Source: Chitinophagaceae bacterium (GTDB taxonomy: Bacteria > Bacteroidota > Bacteroidia > Chitinophagales > Chitinophagaceae). From it: 64,000 nt of DNA. The position numbers and the translations under genes are program-made. This document shows, one piece after another, positions 18,554 to 28,095 of the stretch. The stretch spans positions 82-64,081 of the forward strand of contig DASTSN010000040.1 of NCBI GenBank assembly GCA_035760665.1, in the 5' to 3' direction. The notes below the pieces were generated by a model. It ran no database searches and was not told the DNA's origin. It saw only the letters and a program-made list of their open reading frames with translations. Every line of letters starts with the position of its first letter. The stretch's first letter is position 1.

Positions 18554-21520
18554 TTAAAATTTGCCCTGCCGGAATTGCTCAATAAATTTAAGATAATCTC
18601 CCAGATTGGGCCTGGATTTTAACAATTCAAGATTGCTGTCGCTGATGATGGAAAAAGAATATTTTTCCGGTTTGAGCCATGGAATAATTTGTGTGGTCGC
18701 CACTGGTTTTGCCTGTTGTATGTATTGAATGGCTGCAGCGGCACTGTCAAAGGCACCAATCAGTAATAATTTGTTTTCCGCATCAATATCAATGGTGGAG
18801 TAATCAAACGCTTTATTATAAAATGTTTCCCGGTTATAGCGGAAAAATGCATTTTTTGCCTCGTTACGAAAAACATTGTCCACTTTGTTGAGAATCACCA
18901 TCACATAATGTTTTTCCCCGGGTTTGTAGGTAAACCGCACATCGGGCGGAATCGCTACTTTTTTAGCCAGCGTATCAGCCGGTTGTTTCACTACTGCTAC
19001 CGGTACTGTCGTTTCAACCTTGGGCTGCACAATTGGTTTTCTGGTGACGGTATCCGCCTGGGCAGAAGGAGGAGTCACCACAACCATATCGGCAGGTTTG
19101 GATGCCGGTTCTGCTGTCGGTTTTTCAATTTTCAGGTTGCGTAATTCTTCTTCTATTGCCGCACGGCGGTTCAGTACACTCACCAGGTTGTCTGCTTTCG
19201 CTGCCAGCGCAGACCCGGGATACCGGTTGCTGATTTGCTGTAAAATATCTTTTGCAATACTGTCTTCCCGTTGTTTTACGTGGTAAACAGCTTCGATATA
19301 CAATAGCTGTGGTGTCCAGTAAGTGGTACCGTAGACGCTGTCGGCTGATTTTTTCTCACGAAGCGCTTCTGCAAAATTTCCCTCTATAAACTGGTCGTAA
19401 ATGGCTTCATAGGTTTTTGTAGCCAGTTCATTGGTTTTGGCAGTTGCTGCAGGTTGTCCGGTTAGCAGCACGGTCGCGTATTGGCCGGAGGGATAGTGAT
19501 CCGCCAGCTGTTTTTTTACCTGACTTGCCTTTATGGCATCGCCACTGTTCGTATAGCAGCGATAAAGATGAAACAGCACTTCTTCCATGTGATCAAATCC
19601 CGGAAAGCGCTTTTGCAATGTTTCTCCTGTACTGATCACAGAGGGGCAGTCATCCATTTCATCTGCATATAATTTTACCAATGCATACAGGGCGTTTTGA
19701 ATCGAATCATCTGACTGTTGCAATTTTTCTGTTGTTAAGGGAATATGATCGTAAAGGGCATCAAACGTTAAAGCGGGTGGCTGATTTTGCTGGTTCCCGC
19801 CATACTGGTTACCAGGCTGCGGAAGGGTGGCAGAGGTATTGATGGCGGCAGCGCGGCGCCAGTTATCAACGTTTGGTCTGTTACCCCACACGGATTTAAA
19901 GGTTGCAGCACCACGGTTGCGCAACGTGGCATTGTAAAAATACCATTCACCCTTGGCAGCATTATTGCCAAATAAGTCTGGTGGCTGCTGCTGTCCGAAA
20001 TCGGAACTAAGTCCCTGCTGGGCAATCAGGTCTTCATCTTTCAGCCCCTGTGCTTTGCGTAGCTTTTTCACCAGTTTTTTTACAAAATCTTTTCGATCGA
20101 TTTCCGGCAGCGCGGCCAGGTGCTGCAGGCTGTCTTGCCGGTCAATGGTTTCGAGATGAAAAGCAATTTTGCCCAGTACTTCTTTTTGCGATGTGATTTT
20201 TTGCGGATCAGGCAGTTCAGGGTCATTCATCTGCAGGCTGTCATAGCAGTTGTAAGCAAGCCGGTATTGTTTTTTAGCAAGTGCCAGAGTGGCCAGTTGC
20301 AAAAAAGCCTTATTTCGCTGGGCTGTATTGCCGTTGTTATAATTTGTGCTTTTCTCCAGTAATATTGCGGCGGCATCAGTGTTATGTCGCTCCAGTTCCA
20401 TTTGTGCAGCCATGAAATAAATAATATCCCTGTAATCGGCATACCGGTCCTTATGCGCCATTTTCAGCAATTCTGCCACGTTGCGGTCAATATAGTTATC
20501 AGCACCCTGTTTGTTCACTTTTATTGAGTTTAACCGCGCATAGATTTCCATCACCGCGTCGGTCGTGTGACTGATTACCCTGGTATACCAGGCTTCCGCT
20601 TCATCATAGTTGCCAGCTTTTTCGTACAACTGGGCGCAAAGGTATTCCCAGCGGGTCCGTTCTTGTTTGCTGCCGGCATTACCCAATGCATTTACCAGGT
20701 ATTCTGCCGCACTGTCCCACCTGTTTTGTTTAAAAAAATACAATGCCTGTACTTCCGCCAGGTCGTTTTGCAGGCGGCTGGGAAAATTAGGATCGTGTTT
20801 CAGCTCTTCTATCAGGCTGGCGGCATCGGAAAATTTTTCCTGAGCCAGCAGCGTCCGGATTTGCCAGATAAAAGCGTCATTGCGGCTGGGCGGCTCGGAA
20901 AATAGTTTCTTCGTTAGGGCATCGCTTTCTTTTGTGGCGATACTATTGGCTGCATTTCCATCCATTTTACTGCCGATGTAGCGGTAATACCCATCTTTTT
21001 CTTTCGGCGCAAAGGCATAGTTGATGAACTGGAACATCAGGTATGCCGAATCAAAATCTTTTCGCAGGTAATAGGCGGCCCCCCAAAGCAGGTACATATT
21101 GTCCACCCAGTCATTTCTCAAATCATGCAGCACAATGCCGGTTTTGGCCTTATACATCAGCGAATCCAGTTCTACCTGTTCCTGGGCAGTAACATCGAGG
21201 CTGTAATTGTAAAACGATAGCAGGCGGGAATAATCGTCCTGCTGGGCTAGTTTGGCCCTTTCAATAATGTCGTTCAGCCGGTTGTTGGCATTAAAAAAAT
21301 AATTGTAATGTGTAAAGGTGTTCTGTATGAACCTTCTGGGTGCTGTAAATTTCTTCTGATCCGATTTTTCGGAACGAAGCACCCTGTCTTCATATTGTCT
21401 TGGTTTCTTAATGTCAAATGAAATCCCCAGCTGGCCGTATGAAGGGATGACGATTTGACAAAGGATAAAGAAAACAGAAGCGAAAATGATATAGCGGCTT
21501 AATCGCATTTTCCTGCGCAA
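18554..21520 (-). CDS. Large secreted tetratricopeptide-repeat protein (988 aa), possibly SprE/PorW-like or PBP-associated
   Basis: Signal peptide; many TPR-like helical repeats; Pro/Gln-rich linker near residue 560 and again near 800; directly upstream of and co-oriented with PBP1A. Confidence 0.55.
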   Translation of the reverse strand: MRRKMRLSRYIIFASVFFILCQIVIPSYGQLGISFDIKKPRQYEDRVLRSEKSDQKKFTAPRRFIQNTFTHYNYFFNANNRLNDIIERAKLAQQDDYSRLLSFYNYSLDVTAQEQVELDSLMYKAKTGIVLHDLRNDWVDNMYLLWGAAYYLRKDFDSAYLMFQFINYAFAPKEKDGYYRYIGSKMDGNAANSIATKESDALTKKLFSEPPSRNDAFIWQIRTLLAQEKFSDAASLIEELKHDPNFPSRLQNDLAEVQALYFFKQNRWDSAAEYLVNALGNAGSKQERTRWEYLCAQLYEKAGNYDEAEAWYTRVISHTTDAVMEIYARLNSIKVNKQGADNYIDRNVAELLKMAHKDRYADYRDIIYFMAAQMELERHNTDAAAILLEKSTNYNNGNTAQRNKAFLQLATLALAKKQYRLAYNCYDSLQMNDPELPDPQKITSQKEVLGKIAFHLETIDRQDSLQHLAALPEIDRKDFVKKLVKKLRKAQGLKDEDLIAQQGLSSDFGQQQPPDLFGNNAAKGEWYFYNATLRNRGAATFKSVWGNRPNVDNWRRAAAINTSATLPQPGNQYGGNQQNQPPALTFDALYDHIPLTTEKLQQSDDSIQNALYALVKLYADEMDDCPSVISTGETLQKRFPGFDHMEEVLFHLYRCYTNSGDAIKASQVKKQLADHYPSGQYATVLLTGQPAATAKTNELATKTYEAIYDQFIEGNFAEALREKKSADSVYGTTYWTPQLLYIEAVYHVKQREDSIAKDILQQISNRYPGSALAAKADNLVSVLNRRAAIEEELRNLKIEKPTAEPASKPADMVVVTPPSAQADTVTRKPIVQPKVETTVPVAVVKQPADTLAKKVAIPPDVRFTYKPGEKHYVMVILNKVDNVFRNEAKNAFFRYNRETFYNKAFDYSTIDIDAENKLLLIGAFDSAAAAIQYIQQAKPVATTQIIPWLKPEKYSFSIISDSNLELLKSRPNLGDYLKFIEQFRQGKF

Positions 21521-21650
21521 TCTTACTCCTTAATAACTGAATTCCAAACATTTTATTATAAAAATGCGCATATTTTTTGCTGCTGACTGCATCCCGGACC
21601 GCTGGAAAAACCGGGTTTCATTTCTTACCTTTAAAAATTAAACAGTAAGT

Positions 21651-22046
21651 ATGGCAAAACTGGAGGCCGATTCCACCCTGCAGCGGCTGCGAAACCGCTA
21701 CCGGCTTGTAATTATGAATGATGATACGTACGAGGAGGTGGTAACATTTAAATTATCAAGATTAAGTGTGTATATTGGACTCAGCACCATTTTTGTATTA
21801 CTGGTTGGGTTAACAGTGGCACTGATCGTTTTTACTCCCCTGAAATATTATATACCCGGGTATGATGATTTAAAAATTGGCAGAGAATACCGGCAAATGA
21901 AATACAGGGTGGACTCACTGGAGCAGCAGGTGACGTACCAGGCACAGTACATTGATGGGGTAAAAAAGGTCTTGAAAGGCGATGTACCCCTGAAACTTGA
22001 TACAACCAGTATACAAATGCCAAAAGAGGAATTTTCGAATGATTAA
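21651..22046 (+). CDS. Small single-TM protein resembling the N-terminal anchor region of Bacteroidota M23 peptidases
   Basis: 131 aa; MAK...YRLVIMNDDTYEEVVTFKLSRLSVYIGLSTIFVLLVGLTVALIVF then coiled-coil; no M23 catalytic domain. Confidence 0.45.
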   Translation: MAKLEADSTLQRLRNRYRLVIMNDDTYEEVVTFKLSRLSVYIGLSTIFVLLVGLTVALIVFTPLKYYIPGYDDLKIGREYRQMKYRVDSLEQQVTYQAQYIDGVKKVLKGDVPLKLDTTSIQMPKEEFSND

Positions 22047-22060
22047 AATAGAGTAATCCT

Positions 22061-22483
22061 ATGTTTAACACCACTAAATCCAAATCAGACATGAGCACAG
22101 AAAAATCAACCAATGGAAATGGCGCTACTTTAATCGGCGCCGGTACTACCGTAAAAGGCGATATCAGCAGCAATAATGATCTTCGCATAGATGGCACCAT
22201 CATCGGAAATATCCGCAGCAGTTCGAAAATCATTGTTGGTACCAGCGGAGTGGTAGAAGGGGATATTGAAGGCAACCAGGCCGATATTGTCGGTAAAGTA
22301 TCGGGAAATATTAAGGTGAAAGATCTGCTGCAACTCCGCGGCGACTGCAACGTATCGGGAAACCTGTATGCCGGCAAGTTGCAGGTGGAGCCTACGGCCA
22401 CTTTTAACGGCCAATGTCATATGGGAGCACCTGTCTCCGTCGGCAGCGATATTGAACTGGATAAAGAAGAGTTGCTGCAATAA
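22061..22483 (+). CDS. Bactofilin (polymer-forming cytoskeletal protein, DUF583)
   Basis: 140 aa; repetitive beta-helical GxxVxGxI pattern (TVKGDISSNNDLRIDGTIIGNIRSSSKIIVGTSGVVEGDIEGNQADIVGKVSGNIKV). Confidence 0.85.
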   Translation: MFNTTKSKSDMSTEKSTNGNGATLIGAGTTVKGDISSNNDLRIDGTIIGNIRSSSKIIVGTSGVVEGDIEGNQADIVGKVSGNIKVKDLLQLRGDCNVSGNLYAGKLQVEPTATFNGQCHMGAPVSVGSDIELDKEELLQ

Positions 22484-22622
22484 GTAAGTTCACGAATGGG
22501 TTTTTGCTGCTAAAAACCTGTTGCAGAAATTAGTAATCCGGATGCTGCAAAGTGTTTATTTTGGGTTATAACTTTTCGTATATTTTTTGCATATTTTGCT
22601 ATTTTAAACGTCAATTCTAGTA

Positions 22623-23021
22623 ATGAAACGCCAGCCACGCACTTTCTTCCCGGTCCTTCTTCTCTTTTTAGCCGTCAATGCCTTTTTGCTGCTTGGAAAA
22701 AACCGGCTTGATGGATGGGGAGCCGATCAAACGGTGCTGATATTCGGGAACCTGGTATTGTTCATTATCACCCTGGTTTCCTTTTTAATTGCCCTGAAAA
22801 GTATGCAGACCAAAAACCCGCAGGCGATCGTACGGTTTGTGTACGGCAGTATTTTGTTTAAGTTTTTTGCCTGTATCCTGGCGGCTGTAATTTACATCAT
22901 GATCGAAAAGGGCGATGTCAATAAGCCGGCATTGTTCATTTGCCTGGGTCTTTATGTAGCCTATACCTTTTTGGAGGTGGCCGCCCTGATGAAATTATCG
23001 AAGCAAAACAGCAATGCCTAA
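22623..23021 (+). CDS. Hypothetical 4-TM membrane protein
   Basis: 132 aa, four hydrophobic helices; overlaps next gene by 8 nt. Confidence 0.5.
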   Translation: MKRQPRTFFPVLLLFLAVNAFLLLGKNRLDGWGADQTVLIFGNLVLFIITLVSFLIALKSMQTKNPQAIVRFVYGSILFKFFACILAAVIYIMIEKGDVNKPALFICLGLYVAYTFLEVAALMKLSKQNSNA

Positions 23022-23634
23022 AAAAGAAGCGCCAGTACATCAATTGCAGCTGTTCCTGCCCGATGGTACCTTTGAGCCGGTTTTACAATACCTGAACCAT
23101 TATCGGGTGCACCTGACCATTGCCCGCGAACGAAAAAGCATCCTGGGCGATTACCGCCACCGCACGCATGCACAAAACCACCGGATCAGCGTAAACGGCA
23201 ATTTAAATAAATATGCGTTTCTGATAACCCTCCTGCATGAGCTGGCGCATCTGTTAACGTTTGAGCAATATGGCAACCGGGTGCTATCGCATGGGAAAGA
23301 ATGGAAAACGATTTATGCACAACTGCTTGACCAGTTTTTACATAACAAATTATTTCCGGCAGATATCCAGGAAGAATTGCAGCGCTCACTCCGTAATCCC
23401 GCAGCCAGCAGTTGTGCCGAAGACGGACTGATCAGGGTGCTGAAAAAATATGACCTTCGCCATTCCGGAAGGAGGATGGTGGAGGAACTACCGCCAAAAA
23501 GCCTCTTCCGTACCGAAGACGGCCGCGTGTTTCAAAAAGGCGATCAGCTCCGAAAGCGGTTTCGCTGCATAGAAAAGGCAACCGGCCGTGTATATCTTTT
23601 CAGCCCCGTTTACGAAGTTGAACCTGTTCAATAA
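23014..23634 (+). CDS. SprT-like zinc metalloprotease family protein
   Basis: 206 aa; HExxH (LLHELAHLL) in SprT-like context (NKYAFLITLLHELAHLLTFEQYG...HGKEWK). Confidence 0.6.
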   Translation: MPKKEAPVHQLQLFLPDGTFEPVLQYLNHYRVHLTIARERKSILGDYRHRTHAQNHRISVNGNLNKYAFLITLLHELAHLLTFEQYGNRVLSHGKEWKTIYAQLLDQFLHNKLFPADIQEELQRSLRNPAASSCAEDGLIRVLKKYDLRHSGRRMVEELPPKSLFRTEDGRVFQKGDQLRKRFRCIEKATGRVYLFSPVYEVEPVQ

Positions 23635-23705
23635 GCTTCTTTAACATTCTCTCGGGCTTGCACCGTTTTACTTTTCCTACCTTTGCCCAATCAAAAACTA
23701 CAATT

Positions 23706-24248
23706 ATGAAAAAACATCTTGTATTCATTCTATTAATTGGACTGGCCGGTTTGGCAAAAGCGCAAACCTCCAATGGCGACTGGATGGTGGGCGGTAATAT
23801 CAGCCTGAACACAAATGATAATAATACACAAATCAATTTTACACCTACTGCCGGAGCTTTTGTGATTAATAATCTGGCCGTGGGAGGCGAATTTTTGCTG
23901 GATTATGCAAAAACGGGCGATAACAAGGTGACAAACTTTGGGTTTGGCCCTTTTGTACGTTATTATTTTACCAATGCTAACGTGCGTCCAATTGTGCAAG
24001 GAAGCCTGGGTTATATCAGCCAAAATGTTAAAAACGGAACTTTTAGTTCAACCAATAATGGTACACATTATTTCCTGGGTGGCGGGGCTGCCATTTTTAT
24101 CAGCCACCAGGTATCGCTAGATATCCTGATGGGCTATGATCATTCCAAATACTCAGATTTTGACGGCTCAGGCGGCTTCAAACTGGGCGTAGGCTTCCAG
24201 GTTTATTTGCTGAAACGCCAGGTAGACCGGCTAAGGGGTAACAGGTAA
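23706..24248 (+). CDS. Outer-membrane beta-barrel protein (porin-family-like)
   Basis: Start at MKKHLVFILLIGLAGLAKAQ signal peptide; alternating amphipathic beta-strand pattern; aromatic C-terminus. Confidence 0.55.
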   Translation: MKKHLVFILLIGLAGLAKAQTSNGDWMVGGNISLNTNDNNTQINFTPTAGAFVINNLAVGGEFLLDYAKTGDNKVTNFGFGPFVRYYFTNANVRPIVQGSLGYISQNVKNGTFSSTNNGTHYFLGGGAAIFISHQVSLDILMGYDHSKYSDFDGSGGFKLGVGFQVYLLKRQVDRLRGNR

Positions 24249-24267
24249 TTGGTACGTGATAATTTTG

Positions 24268-24303
24268 AAAGCAGGCGGCTTGCAACTGCCTGCTTTTTTA
24301 TTC
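24268..24303 (+). terminator. Intrinsic terminator after OM barrel gene (overlaps 3' end of convergent GNAT gene)
   Basis: agcaggc...gcctgct stem followed by tttttta. Confidence 0.65.
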
Positions 24304-24792
24304 CAGTTCTTTTAACATCCAGCGGCCGCAGCCAAAGTGTCCCGTATTACCCATGGGGCCATCCAGGTAGCGGAAACCGGCTTTCTCATATGCCTGCAAG
24401 GCTTTTTGCAATTCGGGCATACTTTCCAGGTATATTTTTTTATAGCCTGTTTGCCTGGCCAGATCAAGATTTTTCTCAATTAGCATTTTACCAAGACCGA
24501 TACCTCTTGCCGAAGGGATTAAATACATTTTTACCAGTTCGCAGGTGTCTTCCGGCAACCCCTCAGATGGATAGATACCACCACCGCCTGCAATTTCACC
24601 ATTGACTTCGGCAACAAGGTAATACGCCCCTGGCCGCTGAAACAGCTCAAAGAGTGCGTCGGTAGTAGGGTCATAATACACAGTGCCGGGCCGGTTTGCG
24701 CCGAATTCTGTTAATGCATCGCGGATGATCTTCGCCAGTGCCGCATTATCCGATGGTTGTATAGTCCGAATAACGATTGAGTGCATACGCAA
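24298..24792 (-). CDS. GNAT family N-acetyltransferase
   Basis: 164 aa; acetyl-CoA binding motif ARGIGLGKML. Confidence 0.8.
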   Translation of the reverse strand: MRMHSIVIRTIQPSDNAALAKIIRDALTEFGANRPGTVYYDPTTDALFELFQRPGAYYLVAEVNGEIAGGGGIYPSEGLPEDTCELVKMYLIPSARGIGLGKMLIEKNLDLARQTGYKKIYLESMPELQKALQAYEKAGFRYLDGPMGNTGHFGCGRWMLKELE

Positions 24793-24845
24793 ATCTACAA
24801 ACGTCCCTGGTAAAGACGAACAAGCAACGCCCTTCCTTGTTACCC

Positions 24846-25508
24846 TTATTTGTGGCAGCTGATTAGTTTACCAATTGTTATGCCGACAGCACGGTACAAA
24901 ATGGAAGGCCCGCCCTCGGTATTATCTAAGTTGGTAAGACCTTGTGTGTATTGTAAATAAAGGACTGTTCGTTTGCTTTCGATGCCGGCATGTAAAATGC
25001 CCGAAGCAGCATACCGTCCATAATGCGTAAATCCATAGGGCATTTTCTGGCTAATGGTACTTCCGTTGGCAAGTTTATATTTCTCCTGCCCGTAGAGCTG
25101 GAAATCTAAAGAAGGTCCGAACCGGAGAAAGAAGTGACGGGGGCGGTCGCTGAAATCAACTTGTAATAAAGGAGCAAATTCCAGGGTATGCACTACTGTG
25201 TTGTTACTAACAGCTGTTGGATCAGGCGGATTGGAAGGCCGGCTAAATGACACGCGATAGCCTTTGAGACTATAATAAATGCTTGGCGCAAAATAAAGTT
25301 TCGTATCAAAAGGGATTTTTGCACTAACTCCGGCTTGCAGTCCCGCTTTAAAATCGCTGGTTTGCAATTGGCCGTCAATCTTGTACCGTGCCCTGACTGT
25401 TTGCGGTCCGGCAAACAGAAAAACGCTTACTTGTGAAAAGCCGGCACTGAATGCACACACACATATTATTACTATAAACAGCCTGGCTGAATTCCGAAAT
25501 AGGGGCAT
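24846..25508 (-). CDS. Outer-membrane beta-barrel protein (PorT/porin-family-like)
   Basis: 220 aa; signal peptide; beta-strand periodicity. Confidence 0.5.
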   Translation of the reverse strand: MPLFRNSARLFIVIICVCAFSAGFSQVSVFLFAGPQTVRARYKIDGQLQTSDFKAGLQAGVSAKIPFDTKLYFAPSIYYSLKGYRVSFSRPSNPPDPTAVSNNTVVHTLEFAPLLQVDFSDRPRHFFLRFGPSLDFQLYGQEKYKLANGSTISQKMPYGFTHYGRYAASGILHAGIESKRTVLYLQYTQGLTNLDNTEGGPSILYRAVGITIGKLISCHK

Positions 25509-25618
25509 GTGGGTTGTATAAGCAAGAGGGTAATTAATGCGTTGAAAATACAGAATTTAGTTACTCCCGTAAACGGGATTGTGGATATGTGGGAAAATAG
25601 ACGGCTTCAGTATATTAT

Positions 25619-26164
25619 TCAGCCAAACTTTTTCGCTGGGTCTTTCGCATGATCGCCCTGGTTGTATTGAAGAGATGCTCCTCTGGGAATGGAAAGCGAT
25701 TGCCAGGCATCGTTTTTCAGGAGGCGGGCTATGTATACTATTTGTCCTACGTGATAGGGATAATGGGCCAGTTGCCGGTTAATCGCATCAATTACGGTCA
25801 GTGGCTCCTGGCGGATGGTAACGGTTTTAAGCAAATCATTACTTGTTAAGGACTGCAGGGCTTCCAGGTAACAGGTCCATCCTTTTTCCCACATGTCAAG
25901 TAAGGCGGCTTTGTTAGTAGGGTGATTGGCAAACTCCTCATCGCGCCGGCGCCATTCTTTTTCACCATCTTCTGTCAAGAAATTTGTCCATCTGCTCAGT
26001 ATATTTCCAGCCATATGCTGAATGATGACAGCAATACTGTTGGATTCGGAACTGGGTTGAACCAGGAAGTCATTCTCATCGAGTTGTGCCATTGCTTTAT
26101 CTGCCAGATCCTTGTAATATTTTACTCTTTTTATGACTGTTTTCAGGTATTCTTCTCCTATCAT
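25619..26164 (-). CDS. DUF1572 (DinB superfamily) protein
   Basis: SIAVIIQHMAGNILSRWTNFLTEDGEKEWRRRDEEF and AINRQLAHYPYHVGQIVYIARLL match DUF1572 pattern; start moved to MIGEEY to avoid overlap with ggt. Confidence 0.55.
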   Translation of the reverse strand: MIGEEYLKTVIKRVKYYKDLADKAMAQLDENDFLVQPSSESNSIAVIIQHMAGNILSRWTNFLTEDGEKEWRRRDEEFANHPTNKAALLDMWEKGWTCYLEALQSLTSNDLLKTVTIRQEPLTVIDAINRQLAHYPYHVGQIVYIARLLKNDAWQSLSIPRGASLQYNQGDHAKDPAKKFG

Positions 26165-26186
26165 TGCAGTTGATTTACTTACAAAT

Positions 26187-27905
26187 TTAATAACCCTCCG
26201 CATCATCTTCGCCGCGGTTATCAGCCACTACTTCAAAACGGCCGTCGGGTAAAACTTTGATGACTTCAGTCCGGCCAATGGCGCCGCGCTCAAATACACG
26301 ATAGCCCATTTTCACCAGCCCGTCACGAATGTCTTTCGGGAATCCTTTTTCAATAATGATATCATCGGGCAGCCATTGATGATGAAATTTAGGCGTATAC
26401 ACGGCATCTTCTGTAGATAATCCAAAGTCGATAATGTTTACCAGGGTTTGAAAAACAGACGTGGGAATCGTTGTGCCGCCGGGTGTACCGACTACCAAAA
26501 ATGGCGTATTATTTTTTAAAACGATGGTAGGCGTCATTGAGCTCAGCATTCGCTTACCGGGTGCAATAGCATTGGCCTCGCCGCCCACGGCGCCATACAA
26601 ATTGGGTACGCCCGGTTTCATACTGAAATCGTCCATTTCGTCATTCAGGAAAAAACCAGCGCCACCGACCACAGTTTTACATCCGTAAGAATTATTGAGC
26701 GTGGTTGTAACAGATACGGCGTTGCCATCCTTGTCAATTACATTCAGGTGTGTAGTTTCCTCGCTTTCCCTTTGCGGTAACAAACCAGGCTGCACATCTT
26801 TGCTGTTGCCGGCTACCGAAGGGTTGTAATCTTTCATTCGGTCAGCAAGGTAGCTGTCACTTACCAGCGATGCTGCAGGTACTTTATAAAAATCTGCATC
26901 TCCCATATATTTTGCCCTGTCGGCAAAGGCCCTTCTTTCTACTTCTGTCATAAGTTGAACAGCTTGCACGGAATGAAAGCCCATGGCGGGAAGATTCCTG
27001 TTTTCCACCATTTTCATCATCTGGTGAAGCAAGATACCACCGCTGCTGGGCATCGGCATACCTACAACGGTATAGCCCTTGTATGAGAAAACATGTGGTT
27101 CCCTGAACCTTGCCTGGTAATTTCTCAAATCATTTTTGTCAACAATACCGCCGCCGCGATTCATCTCGTCTACAATTAACTGGGCTGTTTTGCCTTCATA
27201 AAATCCTTTAGCACCCTTGTCGCGTATTCTTTTTAATGTGCCGGCAAGATCTTTTTGTATTAGCGTGTCGCCAGCTTTCCAGGGCGTTGCTTTTACAAAT
27301 ACAGGCATAACAGAATTATATTTTTTCAAGTCGGCCTGGATGCTATTCAACGAACCTGCTTCATTTTTTGTAATTACAAACCCCTTTTCTGCCAGTTCTA
27401 TAGCGGGTTGAATTAATTTTTGAAAAGGAAGTTTTCCATACCGTGCAGCAGCAAATAAACCCGCTACGGTGCCGGGTATGCCTGCGGCCAGGTGACCGTT
27501 AATGCTTTTATCGTGTTGCGGGTTGCCGTTGGCATCAAGGTACATATTTTTTTGTGCCCCGGCGGGGGCCGCTTCCCGGTAATCGAGTGCCAGCAACTGG
27601 CCGGAGCTTAACCGGGCAATCATAAATCCGCCACCGCCAATATTGCCGGCACCCGGGTAAACTACGGCCAGGGCAAGTTGTGTGGCAATGGCTGCATCAA
27701 TGGCATTGCCTCCTTCCTGTAAAATAGCGAGACCCACTTTGCTGGCCAGCGGATGTGCAGCAACAACAGCGCCATTCACACAGCTTATTTTTTTTTGAAT
27801 GGCGTATTGATAAGGGTCAGGAAAATTTCGAACCAGTTGTTTGCCGCTATGACAGGCGGACAGCAAAGAAACGATGAGTAAAGAGAGTGAGGCAGTCTTT
27901 TTCAT
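26187..27905 (-). CDS. ggt: Gamma-glutamyltransferase
   Basis: Signal peptide MKKTASLSLLIVSLLSAC; GGT motifs GGGFMIARL, TTHLNVIDKDGNAVSVTTTLN (autoprocessing Thr). Confidence 0.9.
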   Translation of the reverse strand: MKKTASLSLLIVSLLSACHSGKQLVRNFPDPYQYAIQKKISCVNGAVVAAHPLASKVGLAILQEGGNAIDAAIATQLALAVVYPGAGNIGGGGFMIARLSSGQLLALDYREAAPAGAQKNMYLDANGNPQHDKSINGHLAAGIPGTVAGLFAAARYGKLPFQKLIQPAIELAEKGFVITKNEAGSLNSIQADLKKYNSVMPVFVKATPWKAGDTLIQKDLAGTLKRIRDKGAKGFYEGKTAQLIVDEMNRGGGIVDKNDLRNYQARFREPHVFSYKGYTVVGMPMPSSGGILLHQMMKMVENRNLPAMGFHSVQAVQLMTEVERRAFADRAKYMGDADFYKVPAASLVSDSYLADRMKDYNPSVAGNSKDVQPGLLPQRESEETTHLNVIDKDGNAVSVTTTLNNSYGCKTVVGGAGFFLNDEMDDFSMKPGVPNLYGAVGGEANAIAPGKRMLSSMTPTIVLKNNTPFLVVGTPGGTTIPTSVFQTLVNIIDFGLSTEDAVYTPKFHHQWLPDDIIIEKGFPKDIRDGLVKMGYRVFERGAIGRTEVIKVLPDGRFEVVADNRGEDDAEGY

Positions 27906-28095
27906 GCTGGTGAATTGATGGTGAAAAGTTTGGCAGGGTAACTGATATTTCGACAAAATAAGCTAAAATCCGGCAATGAAAAGCCATTATTCAGTGAGAA
28001 ATAGACTTACGATATTCCACTAATCGTACAATTTGTTCTGATGATCTATGGCTAATCCTTTACACTTTACTAAATTGCTGTTTTAATTATTGCTT

